52,267 nt of DNA from a virus (taxonomy: Duplodnaviria > Caudoviricetes), in IMG/VR virus record IMGVR_UViG_3300012683_000011, positions 1-52,267 of that record, one strand, 5' to 3'. A program made the translations under genes and the position numbers. Below the pieces are notes generated by a model. That model was not told the DNA's origin and did not search any database. It saw only the letters and a list, made by a program, of their open reading frames with translations. This document shows, in pieces, positions 47,021-52,267 of this stretch. How positions within the stretch are numbered: the first letter of the stretch is position 1; every line of letters begins with the position of its first letter.

Positions 47021-47851
47021 TTAAAACGGCGGCTGATCTTTCTTCGCGGTAGCATTAGCCAAAGTTTCCTCGGGCGAAACATTCGACTGCTTCTCAGCCT
47101 GAGCAATTGAAGCAGCCATAAACGCAGCCTTCTGTTCAGTACAAGCAGTCTTCAGCATTAACAATGCCGGCCATTTCTCTGCCGCTACAAGAGTCGGTAA
47201 ACCGATAGAAGGCTCAAAGTAAATGTGTCCTTCCTTATCCTGTTCCTTCGTGGAACCGAATTCCCAAATAGCACTGCCAAGAGGCGCAGTTAACTTTTCA
47301 TTGGTCACAGGATCAACAATAGGCTTGTAAGCGCGCATACGATTTAACCACTCACGGCCCAATCTCCAGCTTGAGCGGGAGAAAGTAAGCTGCATCATAT
47401 CCTTGTAATTGCCGGAATACTCGGGGACACAGACAAGGAAATTATACTGTTCATCAATCTTATTTACTTCCTTGCCGGCCGGAGTCCGAACCTTAACACG
47501 GTTCTGTGAATCCTTGGACTGCTGCGACATAACGTCACAAGAACGGCTAAGAATCTTTTTGTCCTGCGCAGACTTATCGGGGTTCCATTCGATCCATTCA
47601 TTCCACCAAGTGATGGGGATGACATTCATATTCTTACCGATGTCGCAAACAATTTGCTTGCCAGATTCATCGGCCCACTGTCCAGCTTTCGCTAAACCAT
47701 TCTGGACCATATCACTTAATCCCTGCTGTAAACGCAGGCGGGGGACGATATAATCATTAGGACGCATGTCCTTAAAATCATCATCCGCTGACGCGCCGAA
47801 TGCCATGACAGCATTATTAGTTGGTACGATAACTTTGTTCTCATCAACCAC
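47021..47851 (-). CDS. putative ssDNA-binding protein
   Basis: VPRLRL.Q..S pattern, C-terminal PF, AAGGAG RBS, replication context. Confidence 0.55.
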   Translation of the reverse strand: MVDENKVIVPTNNAVMAFGASADDDFKDMRPNDYIVPRLRLQQGLSDMVQNGLAKAGQWADESGKQIVCDIGKNMNVIPITWWNEWIEWNPDKSAQDKKILSRSCDVMSQQSKDSQNRVKVRTPAGKEVNKIDEQYNFLVCVPEYSGNYKDMMQLTFSRSSWRLGREWLNRMRAYKPIVDPVTNEKLTAPLGSAIWEFGSTKEQDKEGHIYFEPSIGLPTLVAAEKWPALLMLKTACTEQKAAFMAASIAQAEKQSNVSPEETLANATAKKDQPPF

Positions 47852-47877
47852 AGGTGGCTCCTTGTATTTGGTCTATT

Positions 47878-47905
47878 ATTATATGGACCAAGGTGAATAA
47901 AGCAA
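47878..47905 (-). promoter_or_regulatory. putative sigma70 promoter
   Basis: TTGCTT-16 nt-TATAAT upstream of ORF 47021-47851. Confidence 0.55.
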
Positions 47906-47912
47906 TGAAAAT

Positions 47913-48353
47913 CTAATACTTATCTACGTAATTTTCTGGGACAATGTAAGCAATATATTGGTATTGCTGACCAATCTTATTAACTTCTTCTTGAGTCGGG
48001 ACGCGAATTTGTACGGCTAACCGACGGTTCTTTTTAACATAATTCGTAGAGTCGTCGGCAAGCATTGGCGGGTAGCCTGGGATAATTACCCAGCTATTAT
48101 ATGGGATGCGCTGTGATTGAATACTCACACCGCTATGATGCGCGTCGCCATCAATTGTAGTTAAGTTGTCGGTAGAATGATACGCCGTGACTTCGGCAAA
48201 TTGTACCCTCAGTCTACTAGCGAATTCCTCAACGTTCAAGCGATCCATCTCTAGTAACTTATTACGAGCTTCGACATATTGAAGGCGCATACCAATTAAT
48301 AGTAAACCTAATGATAAACATGTTGCCATTAATACAGCAATTAAAACTCTCAC
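47913..48353 (-). CDS. membrane-anchored degenerate 3D-domain (MltA-like) protein
   Basis: N-terminal TM; VTAY...IPY...IPGY...ADD. Confidence 0.55.
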   Translation of the reverse strand: MRVLIAVLMATCLSLGLLLIGMRLQYVEARNKLLEMDRLNVEEFASRLRVQFAEVTAYHSTDNLTTIDGDAHHSGVSIQSQRIPYNSWVIIPGYPPMLADDSTNYVKKNRRLAVQIRVPTQEEVNKIGQQYQYIAYIVPENYVDKY

Positions 48354-48856
48354 TTTGGCAGCTTTCTGGATTTAATTGTGTTCATGATGAAGACATTAAC
48401 AAAAGGCTGTGGCTTCCCGCCGGAGATAATTACTTCTTCAAAGAATGCTTGTAATGATTTCTGGTGTACGGTTTCTTTAACTAATTCAGCGCCTTTAGGA
48501 TCTTGCTTCATCCATTCGATCATCGCCTTTTCATTTTCCTTCTTACAAGTAATTGAATACTTTAAGTCAGGAGTAATTCGCTTAGTCTCATTCTCAAACT
48601 CAATATCCAAAGATTCAAAGCCTTCTTGCTCCATCATCTTATTAATGCGCGCAGCGAGCCCATCAATTGTTCGCCCACGAATCTTAGCAATACTTTCAGC
48701 AACATCCTTAATCTTATCAAGGATTAATGCGAACTCAATATTGGTTTTAAGGTTACTCCCCTGGGTACCAATAATTAATTGCCCAGCCTCTTCATCAATG
48801 TTTTTGAGTATGAGTTCTAAATACTCGGACATTGTTTTTAAATTGTCAGTAATCAT
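48350..48856 (-). CDS. conserved phage replication-region protein
   Basis: EWM....ELVKETVH..SL.AF pattern. Confidence 0.65.
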   Translation of the reverse strand: MITDNLKTMSEYLELILKNIDEEAGQLIIGTQGSNLKTNIEFALILDKIKDVAESIAKIRGRTIDGLAARINKMMEQEGFESLDIEFENETKRITPDLKYSITCKKENEKAMIEWMKQDPKGAELVKETVHQKSLQAFFEEVIISGGKPQPFVNVFIMNTIKSRKLPK

Positions 48857-49178
48857 TTTGTATTTCTACATATTGACGTTGTGAGTTATTAAAGACCAGA
48901 AACCCCATAGTCTTTCTATGCTCTTGATTAAGCCATAAAAATCCAGCGAGCCCAATAATCCAACTAGGACCATTCAAAACCAGAACATCAGTTTCATCCG
49001 CTTGATCGAGCTTACTCGATAAAAGAGCGGTGTAATCCGCCATCGTTTGATTGTCACAATGTGGCGGAATGTGAGTGAACAAGAAAACTTTCTCTTTTTG
49101 AATAGAGGAGTAATCGTCACCTTTTTCTTCCTCGCGGCGGGGCTTAGACTTATCTACTAAAATAAATGCTTTGTTCAT
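48846..49178 (-). CDS. hypothetical protein
   Basis: 110-aa coupled ORF. Confidence 0.65.
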   Translation of the reverse strand: MNKAFILVDKSKPRREEEKGDDYSSIQKEKVFLFTHIPPHCDNQTMADYTALLSSKLDQADETDVLVLNGPSWIIGLAGFLWLNQEHRKTMGFLVFNNSQRQYVEIQNDY

Positions 49179-49179
49179 A

Positions 49180-49416
49180 TTAATCTTTCAATGTTACGAT
49201 GTCAAAATTTCCATTACTATGCAATGCTGATTGAGTCCCCTTAACAATAATTAAATTGTTACTAGACAGGAACTCAACCAGTATTGCTTGCATGTTATCA
49301 GCATGTTGCTGAGTGGTGGTTATGTCGAGACAATTACGATTAGTGAAACGATCACTAATGTAGTTTTTCAGAACGTTATTTAATTTGTAGCCAACAATTA
49401 TACTTATACTATTCAT
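49180..49416 (-). CDS. hypothetical protein
   Basis: ATGA overlap. Confidence 0.55.
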   Translation of the reverse strand: MNSISIIVGYKLNNVLKNYISDRFTNRNCLDITTTQQHADNMQAILVEFLSSNNLIIVKGTQSALHSNGNFDIVTLKD

Positions 49417-51263
49417 ACTGGCAATTTGCCTTGCAGCAATTCTTTCAATTTGGAAACATCTTTAATTGATTCGGCTAAGTCCCTTTTTGACTGCAAAGCC
49501 GCTGCGATAACTTCTTCGATTGTATCTTCGTATACATAGTCTCGATAGAGGACCGGATTTCTTTGTCCAATTCTATGGTTACGCGCTTCAGCTTGATCTC
49601 TTGCGCCGTAGTTATAATCGTTGGAATAGAAAAAAGCGGTTTTACACCTGTCATTGTCGATGTCTTGATTACCGAGCAGATTGAGTCCAGTACCACCAGC
49701 TTTTGCATTAGCGATAAGGACTCTAAATTTATGATCGGAGTTAAACGCATTTTTATATTTCTCCCTATCAGAGTCGGTTGTTTTTCCGTAGAATGAGCCA
49801 CACGTGTAGCCATTCCCTCCTTTAGCGAACATAGACCGAATGCGTGTAGTTATTTGTTCTATATCATAATTGAACCTAGCCCAAATAATCACCTTCGACG
49901 TGTCGACGATGTCTTCAAGATCGTCTAGCATTTCATTAAGTTTGGCGTCCCCTCCAGGGATAACCATAATCTTATTCTCACGCTGTTCATTATTATCATC
50001 GTGAGCAACGCCAAACCCACAACAAATTTGCGACAACTTTAACATTTGAACAATGATAAAGTCAGCATCAATATGAACATTCTCCTCAAGCATTAATGTG
50101 AACTGGCTTCTGAATTGATAATATAGAGCCGCCATGGCTGGTGGCATTTCAATCCGGCGAGTGTCATATAGACGATCCGGAAGCTTGAGACATCGTGACT
50201 TTTTGACGATAAAAGATACGCGAGCCATATTTTCTTGTAAGGCTTCGACGTTCTTGAAGCCAACAATCTTATCAATATCTTGCCCATCATTATCAATCTT
50301 TTTAAGTTCACAGAATTCTCTCTTATAGCCAGCGAAAGTATTATAGCCCAAAACACCGGGCTGAAGTAATTCAAATTGCGACCACAAGTCTAAAAGATTA
50401 TTACTAACAGGAGTACCAGTTAGAATCCTCTTCATTTGTGTACACGGCATCTGAGTTAACAATACACCAGCTTTATACCGCTTCGATGCTGGAGACTTCG
50501 CATAATGCGATTCATCCATAATAATCATGCGAGGCATAAATAAAGCTAATTGTTCTGTCATGCGGTGTACTGCGTCCCAGGAAACAATAGCGATTTTGAA
50601 TCTGCTACGACACTGAATGAGTAAGAGCAAGTCTTCGATACCAGTAATCTGCCCATCGATAATTTTAATCTCATACTGAATTAACTTCAGTAGATATTTA
50701 TTTAATTCATCGACCCAATTCTGACGAATTGATTTAGGGCAAACGATTAAAGTTCTGAACGTGTCACCATCTTCCAATCGTAATGCATAATGATTTAATT
50801 CGGCAATCGCACAGAGAGTTTTACCAGTACCCATTTCCATGAGGTATGCGAAGTATGGGTAATTTAATGCAGCTTCGACAGCCACATTTTGATGTGGCAT
50901 TAATTCCCAAGTAGCGAGCCCTTTGTAGTCTGTGTTCTCATTATCGAATAAGTAATTCCACCGTTTAGCAGATCGCTTCTCGTCTAACTTTGAAGTGATG
51001 GTAATAAACGCCAGCATAAACTGAGCGTTTTCAGAAACGGAATATTGGTCTTTAGTCCATGTACTTTCGATATGTTCTAAGGTATTCTTATTAAGTGGAA
51101 TTTTGAATCCACCCATTCCACCTTGTTTGACCCAAGTTCTTTCCTTAAACTCTTGAGCCCACGTACGGAATTTTTCATAATTAGCATCATTTGCATTAGC
51201 CCCTTCTCGGAGCGTCATATGCAAATTCTTATTATCAAATTGGTCTAAATGAAACCAAATCAT
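49413..51263 (-). CDS. SNF2-family SF2 helicase
   Basis: EMGTGKT, MDESH, LTGTP, GGTGLNL, QAEARNHRIGQ. Confidence 0.93.
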   Translation of the reverse strand: MIWFHLDQFDNKNLHMTLREGANANDANYEKFRTWAQEFKERTWVKQGGMGGFKIPLNKNTLEHIESTWTKDQYSVSENAQFMLAFITITSKLDEKRSAKRWNYLFDNENTDYKGLATWELMPHQNVAVEAALNYPYFAYLMEMGTGKTLCAIAELNHYALRLEDGDTFRTLIVCPKSIRQNWVDELNKYLLKLIQYEIKIIDGQITGIEDLLLLIQCRSRFKIAIVSWDAVHRMTEQLALFMPRMIIMDESHYAKSPASKRYKAGVLLTQMPCTQMKRILTGTPVSNNLLDLWSQFELLQPGVLGYNTFAGYKREFCELKKIDNDGQDIDKIVGFKNVEALQENMARVSFIVKKSRCLKLPDRLYDTRRIEMPPAMAALYYQFRSQFTLMLEENVHIDADFIIVQMLKLSQICCGFGVAHDDNNEQRENKIMVIPGGDAKLNEMLDDLEDIVDTSKVIIWARFNYDIEQITTRIRSMFAKGGNGYTCGSFYGKTTDSDREKYKNAFNSDHKFRVLIANAKAGGTGLNLLGNQDIDNDRCKTAFFYSNDYNYGARDQAEARNHRIGQRNPVLYRDYVYEDTIEEVIAAALQSKRDLAESIKDVSKLKELLQGKLPV

Positions 51264-51688
51264 ATTTTATTTTTAATAACCTCTACTAACTGTTCAAATG
51301 TAAGAGTCAAATATTCAGTGTATGGAACGCCATTGTATAAATAGCATTGATTCTTATTTACATCCCAAACATACATTGGGCAATAAATTAGTCTTGCCCA
51401 AAACTCCATCGGAATAACTCTACGCTGAGCGCCATCTAATAAATTCATGAAATCATCTATTGACGGTAGACGCTTTAATCTATAGGCTTTACATTCAACA
51501 TGCCATCCTTGCTGATTATTATTCCCAATCCACAAATCGGGCATGCCAGCCATCCGTGTGGATGCCACCATAACTCTAGCGAAGATTTTCCACTTATTTA
51601 ACTGAGCAGTTAATTCGTGTTGGAAATCATGTTCATCTTTAAAAAAGGTCACATTGTTCCGATAATAATATTTCGTTAAGCATACCAA
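51260..51688 (-). CDS. VRR-NUC/PD-(D/E)XK nuclease (resolvase-like)
   Basis: E..FQ...GMPDL...VECK...Q, adjacent to the SNF2 helicase. Confidence 0.75.
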   Translation of the reverse strand: MVCLTKYYYRNNVTFFKDEHDFQHELTAQLNKWKIFARVMVASTRMAGMPDLWIGNNNQQGWHVECKAYRLKRLPSIDDFMNLLDGAQRRVIPMEFWARLIYCPMYVWDVNKNQCYLYNGVPYTEYLTLTFEQLVEVIKNKI

Positions 51689-51974
51689 AAAGATTTGGAA
51701 TAAAAACTAAAACCTTTGCTAAGAATTCTGGTGTCCAAACGTCACGTTGTAACTTTGTAACTATTCTCATGACTAATAAGTATCTAGCTTCTAAAACTTC
51801 ATGGTATCCAAATTGTTGGTATACCCAATCGACTAATGCTTCTGCAATGTAACGCTGACTGGATTGGCCCCACGTCATTATTTCAAGATTATATTGGATA
51901 TACTTGAGTAATTGTTCTTCGGTAGTTAATTCAACATTTCGTAATGTATTACCTATCTCAATGTGGGCGAGCAC
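51639..51974 (-). CDS. hypothetical protein
   Basis: coupled ORF. Confidence 0.55.
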   Translation of the reverse strand: MLAHIEIGNTLRNVELTTEEQLLKYIQYNLEIMTWGQSSQRYIAEALVDWVYQQFGYHEVLEARYLLVMRIVTKLQRDVWTPEFLAKVLVFIPNLFGMLNEILLSEQCDLF

Positions 51975-52221
51975 ATTCTAATCCTATATGTACAGAAGTT
52001 TGGAAGGCAACTTCTGCTTCAATACGATTCACTAACGAAACATACCAGGATATAAACTGTGGAACCCATTCAACCGATTTAAAGTTGTCTTGCTTGTAAT
52101 TCTTCTTTAACACTTTTTCAAGATGCCAACCCCATGGCGCATCCATGCGGTAGATACATAGAATCATGTTACGAACTTCGCCGGCCCAATTGAACTCGTT
52201 ACACTGTGACATACATTGCAC
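51958..52221 (-). CDS. hypothetical protein
   Basis: ORF near the window end. Confidence 0.5.
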   Translation of the reverse strand: MQCMSQCNEFNWAGEVRNMILCIYRMDAPWGWHLEKVLKKNYKQDNFKSVEWVPQFISWYVSLVNRIEAEVAFQTSVHIGLECARPH

Positions 52222-52267
52222 AATATGTTCGGCAATATTCTTTTCTTCTAAACGAGCACGATAAAAG

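Overview
A near-complete or complete tailed dsDNA phage genome with siphovirus-like organisation and no recognisable integrase. It has three blocks. (1) A minus-strand arm of small accessory ORFs (1-13.7 kb) with tRNA-Leu(TAA), a GH24 lysozyme and a DenV-like gene. (2) A plus-strand morphogenesis module (14-40.2 kb): TerS-like, TerL, portal, protease/scaffold, major capsid protein, fibre/SGNH proteins, connectors, tail tube, a -1 frameshifted tail chaperone, tape measure and tail tip. (3) A minus-strand replication module (40.2-52.2 kb): an atypical family A polymerase, a primase-MCM helicase fusion, MazG, DUF3310, an SNF2 helicase and a VRR-NUC nuclease. The most unusual signal is non-coding. 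A self-complementary 8-bp-period motif, (GTNAC-RNY)n, occurs dozens of times and is densest at 12.6-13.2 kb. Pairs of it form long closing stems, four with an identical CAATG/CAATG mismatch, around at least seven ~110-190 nt structured domains without convincing ORFs (8.0-10.9 kb and 46.9 kb). This looks like a processed array of phage ncRNAs. All protein calls are by-eye motif recognition; no searches were run.
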